A DNA stretch of 13,853 nt from contig JBCCQQ010000100.1 in NCBI GenBank assembly GCA_039024555.1, positions 1 to 13,853 on the forward strand. Direction: 5' to 3'. Below are positions 1 to 6,483 of the stretch, one piece after another (position 1 is the stretch's first letter; each line of letters begins with the position of its first letter). Under the pieces are notes generated by a model. That model worked only from the letters and a program-made list of their open reading frames with translations, did no database searches and was not told the origin of the DNA. The stretch comes from Cyanobacteria bacterium P01_D01_bin.156 (GTDB lineage Bacteria; Cyanobacteriota; Cyanobacteriia; Phormidesmidales; Phormidesmidaceae). The position numbers and the translations under genes are program-made.

Positions 1-104
1 AGTGCCTGCATATGGGGGGTGGCAAACACATCTTCTAGGACTGCTTTCCAACTGGGTTCTAGCTTAATGGTGCTAGTGGAAGAAGGGTTGGCTTCTGCTG
101 TCAT
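1..104 (-). CDS. ung: Uracil-DNA glycosylase family 1, N-terminal part (runs off the left edge)
   Basis: Not in the ORF track. Manual translation from ATG at 104 gives MTAEANPSSTSTIKLEPSWKAVLEDVFATPHMQAL, matching the typical Ung N-terminus (KLEPSWK.L..EF..PYM..L). The catalytic GQDPY motif would lie outside the window. An in-frame GTG at 185 is an alternative start. Confidence 0.7.
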   Translation of the reverse strand, partial: MTAEANPSSTSTIKLEPSWKAVLEDVFATPHMQA

Positions 105-230
105 AGGAGGAGCTAGGGTTAAAGGGGGATGGGGTAATTTTAGTTCAGAAGCTAATCCAGTAATAGGTATGTCTCGTTTTGCCACCTATTTGAGACCGTG
201 ATAGAACTGCATCCGCAGGAGCCGAAGACA

Positions 231-322
231 CGTAGGCAACTACCGCCCATAATTCGAAAACCCGTAACAGCTTTAGCTCATAATCTCGACACTTTATCTG
301 CACTCAGTTCACTAGTTGGCAC
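231..322. other. Putative recombination (att-like) site at the 3' end of the VOC gene
   Basis: Bounded by GGCAACTA (235-242) and TAGTTGGC (313-320), i.e. AAC...GTT cores. The VOC stop codon directly follows the AAC (GCCAAC-TAG on minus). Internal imperfect direct repeat CATAATTCGA / CATAATCTCGA. No good attC hairpin. Confidence 0.3.
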
Positions 323-683
323 CATCTGAACCGGTAAATATAATCTTATTGCCAAAGGGATCAGTGAGCGCCATATCCCTGGTGCCCCAAGGCATCTTTT
401 GAATACCCGGCCTAGCATTTGGATACTTTTTCCCTTGCAGCTGCTTATGATAGTCTTCAAGATTATCGATTTCTATGCGCAGCGCCGCACCTGGGCAACA
501 GTCTCCATGGTGTTCCGAGATATGCAAAACACAATCGTCTTTTGAAACTTGCATGTAAAGGGGAAAGTCAGTTTCAAATCGATGTTCCCAATCTAGGTTG
601 AAACCCAAGAAATCCAGGTAGAACTCTTTAGTCTTAGTTTCATCAAAGCTTCTCAATATTGGAATCGTTTTTCCTAAACCCAT
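312..683 (-). CDS. VOC/glyoxalase/bleomycin-resistance superfamily protein
   Basis: 123 aa; TIPILR.FDE.K..EFY..FLGF..DWEHRF, LHISEHHGDC.PG and PWGTRDM.LTDPFGNKIIF are typical of this family. Confidence 0.88.
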   Translation of the reverse strand: MGLGKTIPILRSFDETKTKEFYLDFLGFNLDWEHRFETDFPLYMQVSKDDCVLHISEHHGDCCPGAALRIEIDNLEDYHKQLQGKKYPNARPGIQKMPWGTRDMALTDPFGNKIIFTGSDGAN

Positions 684-747
684 AGTCTTTGATTCCTGGT
701 GGCTACATTAGCAGAAAAATTAGTCAACCGTATTTAATTTTAAGCCA

Positions 748-823
748 TACGCCAACGCATAGCGAACCAGGTCAATACGACTGGCGTACCCCAGAAGAGA
801 AGATTTAGAAATGCGTAGGCAAC
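748..823. repeat. Imperfect inverted-repeat element upstream of the VOC gene
   Basis: GCCAACGCAT (751-760) pairs 9/10 with ATGCGTAGGC (811-820). TACGCCA (748-754) pairs with TGGCGTA (782-788). CGTAGGCAAC (814-823) is an exact direct repeat of 231-240. Confidence 0.4.
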
Positions 824-840
824 CGAGATTTTAAGAGCAC

Positions 841-1092
841 CTAGAAATTGGTGCGCAGGCATATTGTGAGTCCGACAGCTAGAAACCGTGAATACCTATG
901 GGAGGGTCCGATGAAAGAGGATATTGCAATTGTTGCTCCGAAGAGTAGGAGGAAAATTGGGTAGGCTATCCAGCTGGATCCCTCTGAAGGAGCATAGAAA
1001 AGTAGCAAGCCACCACAGAGTAGATCCTGTGTTGAAATGGCAATAAAGTATGAGCCAATAAGAAGTGTTATTATTCAAATAAATTTAGACAT
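841..1092 (-). pseudogene. Small hydrophobic (about 3 TM) membrane-protein gene with a premature stop at codon 6
   Basis: Manual translation: MSKFI*IITLLIGSYFIAISTQDLLCGGLLLFYAPSEGSSWIAYPIFLLLFGATIAISSFIGPSHRYSRFLAVGLTICLRTNF*. ATG at 1092, TGA at 1077-1075, TAG at 843-841. Confidence 0.45.
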
Positions 1093-1155
1093 AAGCGAAG
1101 TATAAGAGTAAGTTAAGCGGCTACAAACAATCTCTACCACAACACTAACCGCTCC

Positions 1156-2073
1156 TCAGTTTGCTCCTAACGATTTGTTATATGGCGTTATAAAATCAGG
1201 ATAGATAAGTGGCATTATTTTGTCTAATGTTATCCCCATCATCCGCGTACCATTGCCTGAATGCCACAACTGATCGATCTCATATACTTTGTGTGTTTGT
1301 ACCGCTTTAATTTGCTGCCAGATTCTATTAACACTAAGTTGTTTAGACAAAGAGGCTTTCGACGGTGAATAAGTCTGTACAAATATGACATCTGGATCGA
1401 CTTCTAAGATCTGCTGAAGAGAAATATTAGTTAATCCCGGTTCATTATTATGTTTCTCAGGCTCAACCCAGGGATAATGAGAAAATTTTCTCATTATGCT
1501 ACCAAAAGTTCCGATATTCGTCTCAATCATAAATTTACGGCTGAGATAATTGAGACTAGAACCACCCATAAACAAAACAGTTTTGTATTCTTGAGTAGGT
1601 ATGGCACTACAATAATTTTCTAGTCGATTTTCAAACTGGATGACCGCAGCTTCTGCTTGAGAAACACGATTGGTCAATTGGGCAACATCTCGTAGCCGTT
1701 GTAATGCAGCTTTATAGCCAGTACCACCCATTAGGTAAAGTGGAGCCGCATTGCCTAACCATCTACGATAAAATCGATGTGGAAATGACCAGCCTAGTAT
1801 TAAATCTGGGTTTAATTTACGGACAGCTTTCCAGTTTGGAGCAATCCAAGATCCAACAGGTTTAAACTGCTTTGCACGCTCTCCATAGAATTCTGGATTA
1901 TTTGCAACTCCTTTGGTCAGATAACCCACAGGTTCTAGATCAAGTTCCAGCAAGATGTCCAAACCTGCAGCAGTTAAGCACACAATACGACGTGCTGATT
2001 GAGCAAGTTTAATTTGTGTTCCGGTAAAGTCTACTACTCGCAATTGCTCCATCAGAATTAACCTTTTTGCCAA
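1156..2073 (-). CDS. Fe-siderophore/cobalamin-type (FepB/FhuD/BtuF, helical-backbone) substrate-binding protein lacking a signal peptide
   Basis: VVDFTG...L....RRIVCL, VGS...PNWKAVRKLNPDLIL, ISLQQILEVDPDVIFV and WQQIKAVQTHKVYEID are class III SBP motifs. Start is TTG 2073 or, more likely, ATG 2052. Confidence 0.85.
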   Translation of the reverse strand: MAKRLILMEQLRVVDFTGTQIKLAQSARRIVCLTAAGLDILLELDLEPVGYLTKGVANNPEFYGERAKQFKPVGSWIAPNWKAVRKLNPDLILGWSFPHRFYRRWLGNAAPLYLMGGTGYKAALQRLRDVAQLTNRVSQAEAAVIQFENRLENYCSAIPTQEYKTVLFMGGSSLNYLSRKFMIETNIGTFGSIMRKFSHYPWVEPEKHNNEPGLTNISLQQILEVDPDVIFVQTYSPSKASLSKQLSVNRIWQQIKAVQTHKVYEIDQLWHSGNGTRMMGITLDKIMPLIYPDFITPYNKSLGAN

Positions 2074-2099
2074 TTTTAGCGATGGTATTCAAAAGATGC

Positions 2100-2960
2100 T
2101 TAATTCTTTCTATATTTCTTCCTACTAATAGCACTGTTAAATACCTGGCCCAAATACCTCGCGCCAAACCATTCTCTCATCGGCAACACATTCGCCACCC
2201 ACAAATTATTATAAGTCTCTCCACCCAACAAACCTGTCGCCGGAAACTCTCCTCGTTGTGGATGCCAATAGGTGCCAAAAATAATATCCCACACGGGAAA
2301 AAACGCTGAGAAGTTCTTATCTAAATGTTCATCCTGAAACGAGTGATGAATGCGATGATACTGCGGCCCAGTTACCACCCGAGAAAACCAGCCCAAGTTC
2401 AACCGCAGATTCATATGAATAAACTGTAGCCACAACACCTGAGCAAATGCCAACAGCCCCAACGCCAGACCACTAAAATCAAACAAAATCCCCATGGGGA
2501 TCGCTAAAAAGAAGAGCAACAGCGGCTCTTCTAGCCAATGTACCCGACGAGTACTGGTTACATTCAACGACTGCTCACTGTGGTGAAACTTATGCTGCTC
2601 CCACAAAAACCCAGTCTTGTGCTGCCACCGATGAAACCAATAGTAGAAAAAGTCTGTTGCTAAAAGATAGAAGAGTGCTGCCAATCCATAGGTTATTGCA
2701 GTCTGCGGCACGGGTAGCTGAATCCATGGCCCACCGACCCAGTCTTGAACCAACGTCACAATTACACTAATGCCCGTCGCCTGGATCGCCAAACTTACCA
2801 CGCTATAAACTACATACCACCGCAGGTTAAACCACAGGTGCGACCAGGGCTGACGCCTCTCTACCGGACGGATGCGCTCCACTAAAATGAAGACACCGTA
2901 CATTAGAAAACCAGTCAACACATATTTCACAAAGCCCAGGGGGGCGGCAAGCCATTCCAT
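2100..2960 (-). CDS. Sterol desaturase / fatty acid hydroxylase family membrane di-iron enzyme
   Basis: His boxes DFFYYWFHRWQH, HKFHHS, FIHMN and HRIHHS; KNFS.FFP.WD.IFGT tail; several TM segments. Confidence 0.92.
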   Translation of the reverse strand: MEWLAAPLGFVKYVLTGFLMYGVFILVERIRPVERRQPWSHLWFNLRWYVVYSVVSLAIQATGISVIVTLVQDWVGGPWIQLPVPQTAITYGLAALFYLLATDFFYYWFHRWQHKTGFLWEQHKFHHSEQSLNVTSTRRVHWLEEPLLLFFLAIPMGILFDFSGLALGLLAFAQVLWLQFIHMNLRLNLGWFSRVVTGPQYHRIHHSFQDEHLDKNFSAFFPVWDIIFGTYWHPQRGEFPATGLLGGETYNNLWVANVLPMREWFGARYLGQVFNSAISRKKYRKN

Positions 2961-2975
2961 AGGAAAGTGGAGAAA

Positions 2976-4154
2976 CTAAGTTGGAGAAATTGAGTTAGGA
3001 AGTGGAGAGCAGCGAAGATTTATCAGTAGCCCTATCGCTATGATAGTCGTGATAACACTGAAATAAAAGGGCGAAGCTACCGACACCTGAGTATAAAGCC
3101 AGCCTGCAATTAAACTGGCGGGCAGCGTGGCTAGCCCCATTAGCATATAAAAGGTGCCCACCTCTGCTCCGCGCCGTTCTGGATGAACTAGATCAGCCAC
3201 AAAGGCTTTTTGTACCCCCCGCGTCAGGGTGGAATAGAGACCGTAAAACATGAACAGTCCCCAAACTAGTTCGGCACTATGGGCCAAGGCAAAGCCTAGA
3301 TAGACTAAAGCAAACACCCCATAGCCCGTGACTAATAAAGGCCGTCGCCCAATGCGATCTGATAGTCGACCCATTGCGAAGCCCAAGCAGGTCTCCACCA
3401 GATTGAATATTGCGTAGAGCAACAGTAGCTGGCTGCCGGTGAAGCCTAGATCCTGAGATCGCAACAGTAAAAATGCATCGGACGAATTCCCCAGGCTAAA
3501 TAGCCCCACCACCAGCAAAAACTGGCAATAGGCCGGACTCAGCCCCCGCAGCGTAAACTGTGGACGAGAACGCCGCTTTACAGCCAGCCGAGGTTCTTTC
3601 ACAAATTTTAGTAGGACCCATACGCCGAATAGGGCCGGAAGAAATGAGATCGCAAACACCCCCCGATAACCCAGCTGCCGTAATAACAAAAACCCCAGCA
3701 GCGGCCCCAGCACCTCCCCCACCGTTTCCAAACTATGGTGCAGCCCAAACGCCTGCCCCCGCTGCTCCAGCGCACAGTTTTCCGTAATCAACACATCCCG
3801 TGGGGCCGCTCTGAGTCCTTTACCCAATCGGTCCAGCAGCCGCGACCCCAGCACCGCAACCCAACTGGCCGATAACGCCAGCCCCAGCTTGGACAATGCC
3901 CCTAAACCGTAACCTGCGATCGCAAACGGTTTCCGCTGCCCCACCCGATCCGACAGCCAGCCCGAATACAGCTTTAACAGACCGGCGACACTCTCAGCAA
4001 TGCCTTCAATTACCCCCACCGTCCACACCGGAGCCCCCAGAGCTGAGGTCAGAAAAATGGGCGTAATCGGATACACCATTTTGCTGGCAAAATCACTACA
4101 GAGACTCACCCAACCAAGGGCACGAACCGTCGGCGTCAGCGTTGACTTAGACAT
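2976..4154 (-). CDS. Major facilitator superfamily transporter
   Basis: 392 aa, about 12 hydrophobic segments, motif A twice (GWLSDRVGQRK, GRLSDRIGRR). Its start overlaps the PPIase stop by 8 bp. Confidence 0.93.
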   Translation of the reverse strand: MSKSTLTPTVRALGWVSLCSDFASKMVYPITPIFLTSALGAPVWTVGVIEGIAESVAGLLKLYSGWLSDRVGQRKPFAIAGYGLGALSKLGLALSASWVAVLGSRLLDRLGKGLRAAPRDVLITENCALEQRGQAFGLHHSLETVGEVLGPLLGFLLLRQLGYRGVFAISFLPALFGVWVLLKFVKEPRLAVKRRSRPQFTLRGLSPAYCQFLLVVGLFSLGNSSDAFLLLRSQDLGFTGSQLLLLYAIFNLVETCLGFAMGRLSDRIGRRPLLVTGYGVFALVYLGFALAHSAELVWGLFMFYGLYSTLTRGVQKAFVADLVHPERRGAEVGTFYMLMGLATLPASLIAGWLYTQVSVASPFYFSVITTIIAIGLLINLRCSPLPNSISPT

Positions 4155-4947
4155 GCCCGGACTCCAATACGGGCAGACTTTGAGACGTTTCTTCCAGGGG
4201 TGTCTTCTGAGGTATCTTTTCAGGTATCTGCGGCAACAGCTTTACCGGACTCGCCTGCATTTTCTGGTTTAGCAGCGCTTGAAACTGTTCACTGAGCAAA
4301 CGCTGTCGCATGGCCTCATCAAACTTAGCTGGGATCATCTTTTCTAAGCGCACAATCACCAGCCAGTCCCCCACTTGATCGGGTGGCCACAGCTGCTGCG
4401 GCTCGCTGACCTGCAAGATTCGAACCAACGTGGGGTGAAGACTTCCCAGCTCAACAGGCCCTACCATCCCCCCAGTTTGGGCCTCTTTCCCTTGAGAATA
4501 TTCCTTAGCCACGTCCGCAAAGGATAGCTTGTCATCCCGCAAGCGAAAATAAAGTTCCTGAGCCAGGCCCGCATTCTTAATACGAATCATTGAATAGATG
4601 GCCCGATCGTACTTAGCCTTGTTCTGCATAAAATCAGACTGAATTTGGGTAGCCCAAGTATCTTCCTTAAATCTATGTAGCCGATAGGTACGAATCGCCT
4701 CAGCCATTAGGTGTTGGGGTTCCAACTGATGTTGCTGACACCAGGCCTGACGCTGTTCATCATTGAGCAAGTTGTGCTGAGTACAATAAAAATCATAGGC
4801 AACTTGCTGATCGCAGGGAATCCCATCAATCAGCTGATCAACCACCAGCTCTCGCACCAGCTGCGGTAGCAAACGATACTGTCTAATCTTCTTCACCAAA
4901 TCTGGAGTGTTAAGAATTTGGGGACCAACTTGCATAGCGGGTTCCAT
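4147..4947 (-). CDS. Parvulin/PpiC-type peptidylprolyl isomerase-like protein (cyanobacterial type usually next to type I secretion genes)
   Basis: Y.LLPQL.REL..DQ, YSMIR.....AQELYFR, SFADVAKEYSQG.EAQTGG.VGPV, W..IVRLEK..PA.FD..MRQRLL. ATG 4947 (or 4935) is preferred over TTG 4968. Confidence 0.88.
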   Translation of the reverse strand: MEPAMQVGPQILNTPDLVKKIRQYRLLPQLVRELVVDQLIDGIPCDQQVAYDFYCTQHNLLNDEQRQAWCQQHQLEPQHLMAEAIRTYRLHRFKEDTWATQIQSDFMQNKAKYDRAIYSMIRIKNAGLAQELYFRLRDDKLSFADVAKEYSQGKEAQTGGMVGPVELGSLHPTLVRILQVSEPQQLWPPDQVGDWLVIVRLEKMIPAKFDEAMRQRLLSEQFQALLNQKMQASPVKLLPQIPEKIPQKTPLEETSQSLPVLESGHV

Positions 4948-4972
4948 AGGCAAGATATACACTCTCAACTAC

Positions 4973-4994
4973 TATTAAAACTGAGTCTCAATAA
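4973..4994. promoter_or_regulatory. Putative Fur box upstream of the leftward operon
   Basis: ATTAAAACTGAGTCTCAAT (4974-4992) matches 14/18 positions of the Fur-type palindrome ATTGAGAATnATTCTCAAT (consensus recalled from memory), 27-45 bp upstream of ATG 4947. Confidence 0.5.
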
Positions 4995-5072
4995 GCTCAT
5001 TCAGTAGATAGCGTACCACTTCAAAAACCATGTCCGTCTTAGAACTATCTAAAAAAATGATTGGGCTAAGAT

Positions 5073-5165
5073 CGAATGGCACTGACGTAAGGCAAATTCC
5101 GGCGAAATTAGTACGAGATAGTAAGGCTTTCAGTCTCCACTTTATGCTTATGTCAGTGCCATTCG
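5073..5165. mobile_element. 93-bp MITE with 19-bp terminal inverted repeats and an 8-bp target-site duplication
   Basis: TIRs CGAATGGCACTGACGTAAG / CTTATGTCAGTGCCATTCG (18/19). Flanking direct repeat GCTAAGAT at 5065-5072 and 5166-5173. Termini resemble IS4-family ends (inference). Confidence 0.88.
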
Positions 5166-5318
5166 GCTAAGATCTGTCTTCTATAGCCGTCCTCCGAAAC
5201 GAACCTCTCTAATCTGAGGAAAGATTTATCATTTTTTTACTATTCCATTTTTTCAAGATATACCGTCCCATCAAAGAGGTTCGAAAGGGAGCAGTCTTAC
5301 CCAGGACGCCATCTAGCA

Positions 5319-5348
5319 TTGCACTTATTGAGAAGAAGTGGCAATAAT
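5319..5348 (+). promoter_or_regulatory. Putative Fur box overlapping a sigma70-like promoter for the rightward genes
   Basis: TTATTG-N11-CAATAA dyad (5325-5347); core ATTGAGAAGAAGTGGCAAT is 14/18 to the Fur-type consensus. It overlaps TTGCAC (5319-5324)-N18-AATAAT (5343-5348). Confidence 0.5.
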
Positions 5349-5383
5349 AAGACGACTCATCAATAGAGAGACCAAAAACAGGG

Positions 5384-5689
5384 ATGAACGAGATTCTCAC
5401 GACCTGTTCACTCGTAGCAGCTGTACTCCTGGGCCCTTTTTTACTATTGTGTTTGATGGCTTGGTTCATGGTGCAGGCTTTTGTGGATATCAAATCCAAA
5501 GTAATGCGTTTATATCAACAACGGGCCACACCCTGTGGGCATTGTGCTTACTATACGGGCTGTAAAGAATTGGCGTGTGCCGTACAGCCCTGTTTGGCCT
5601 TGACCTCAGCCGCTAAAGATTGCCGGGACTTTACCCCAACGGAAACACCTCATCCCATGGCCACGGATTCTTACAAGTATGATTACTAG
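5384..5689 (+). CDS. Small membrane-anchored Cys-rich hypothetical protein (cyanobacterial PCxxC...CAVxP...CxDF type)
   Basis: N-terminal TM helix followed by PCGHCAYYTGCKELACAVQPCLALTSAAKDCRDF; purine-rich GAGAG/AGGG upstream of the ATG. Confidence 0.75.
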   Translation: MNEILTTCSLVAAVLLGPFLLLCLMAWFMVQAFVDIKSKVMRLYQQRATPCGHCAYYTGCKELACAVQPCLALTSAAKDCRDFTPTETPHPMATDSYKYDY

Positions 5690-5754
5690 GGTGCTTACCA
5701 GGATTAACGTTAGGATACTAATCCTCACTCCCCACATCCTTAAATTCCTGCCCT

Positions 5755-6483
5755 ATGACTAGCTGGCTAGTCTGTCCAAAGCCGCGATCAAATCCAAAAC
5801 TTAGGCTGTTGTGTTTTGCCTATGCGGGCGGCTCTGCCTGGATATTTCGTACCTGGGCTGAACAACTGCCTGCAACCGTTGAACTCTGTGCCATTGAGCT
5901 ACCGGGGCGGGGCAAACGCATGGCCGAGCCCGCTCTGACTACAGTTGCTGCCATTATCGAAACGCTAGGTCCCGAACTGCGGCCTTATCTTAATTTACCC
6001 TTTGCCTGTTTCGGCCATAGCTTGGGGGCACTGATCGCATTTGAACTATGCCGCTGGCTCCGGCGCACTGTCCAGCTTACTCCCGATCATCTCTGGGTTT
6101 CAGCTGCCCAAGCCCCCCAGCTACCCATCGAGAAAGCTCCCATGCACACCCTTCCCGATGCCGCATTTATCAATGAGCTCAAACATTATCAAGGCACCCC
6201 CGATAGCATTTTGAATCATGCAGAAATGATGTCTTTAGTACTCCCCATCCTTCGTGCCGACTTTACAGTTTTAGAAACCTATCGATACCAACCCGGTGCT
6301 GCCATCGGCTGTCCCATCACCGGCTTTTGGGGCCAGCAAGACTCCATTGTCAGCCAAGAACATGTAGCTGCCTGGAACATCCACACCCAGGACTTCTCCC
6401 TAGAGGTTATCGATGGCGACCATTTTTTCGTACAACAGCCTACATTTTCTCAAAGGCTAGTATCAACGCTGACTAGCGTCTAA
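5755..6483 (+). CDS. Type II thioesterase (GrsT/SrfAD-like)
   Basis: LRLLCFAYAGGSA, IELPGRG.R, nucleophile motif GHSLG, LPILRADF, catalytic His motif GDHFF. Confidence 0.95.
   Translation: MTSWLVCPKPRSNPKLRLLCFAYAGGSAWIFRTWAEQLPATVELCAIELPGRGKRMAEPALTTVAAIIETLGPELRPYLNLPFACFGHSLGALIAFELCRWLRRTVQLTPDHLWVSAAQAPQLPIEKAPMHTLPDAAFINELKHYQGTPDSILNHAEMMSLVLPILRADFTVLETYRYQPGAAIGCPITGFWGQQDSIVSQEHVAAWNIHTQDFSLEVIDGDHFFVQQPTFSQRLVSTLTSV

Noticed and set aside
19..201. 60-aa plus-strand ORF
   Set aside because: Antisense to the Ung-like frame and has no recognisable motifs.
896..1078. 60-aa minus-strand ORF from the track
   Set aside because: The alternative frame 841-1092 looks more protein-like; this one has a TTG start and no motifs.
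1112..1172. AAC/GTT cores and a GAGCGGTTA...TAGCCGCTT stem after the SBP gene, as an attC site or terminator; also the shared -GAN* C-terminus of the SBP and VOC proteins
   Set aside because: Too short for attC, long loop and no U-tract. The shared tripeptide ending is probably chance.
2067..4272. Plus-strand ORFs 2067-2309, 3560-3787 (Pro/Ala-rich) and 4000-4272
   Set aside because: Antisense shadows of well-supported genes.
5200..5565. ORFs 5209-5499 (-) and 5338-5565 (+); 9-bp IR CGAACCTCT/AGAGGTTCG (5200-5283)
   Set aside because: The ORFs overlap the better-supported 5384-5689 gene. The IR has no TSD or further pairing.
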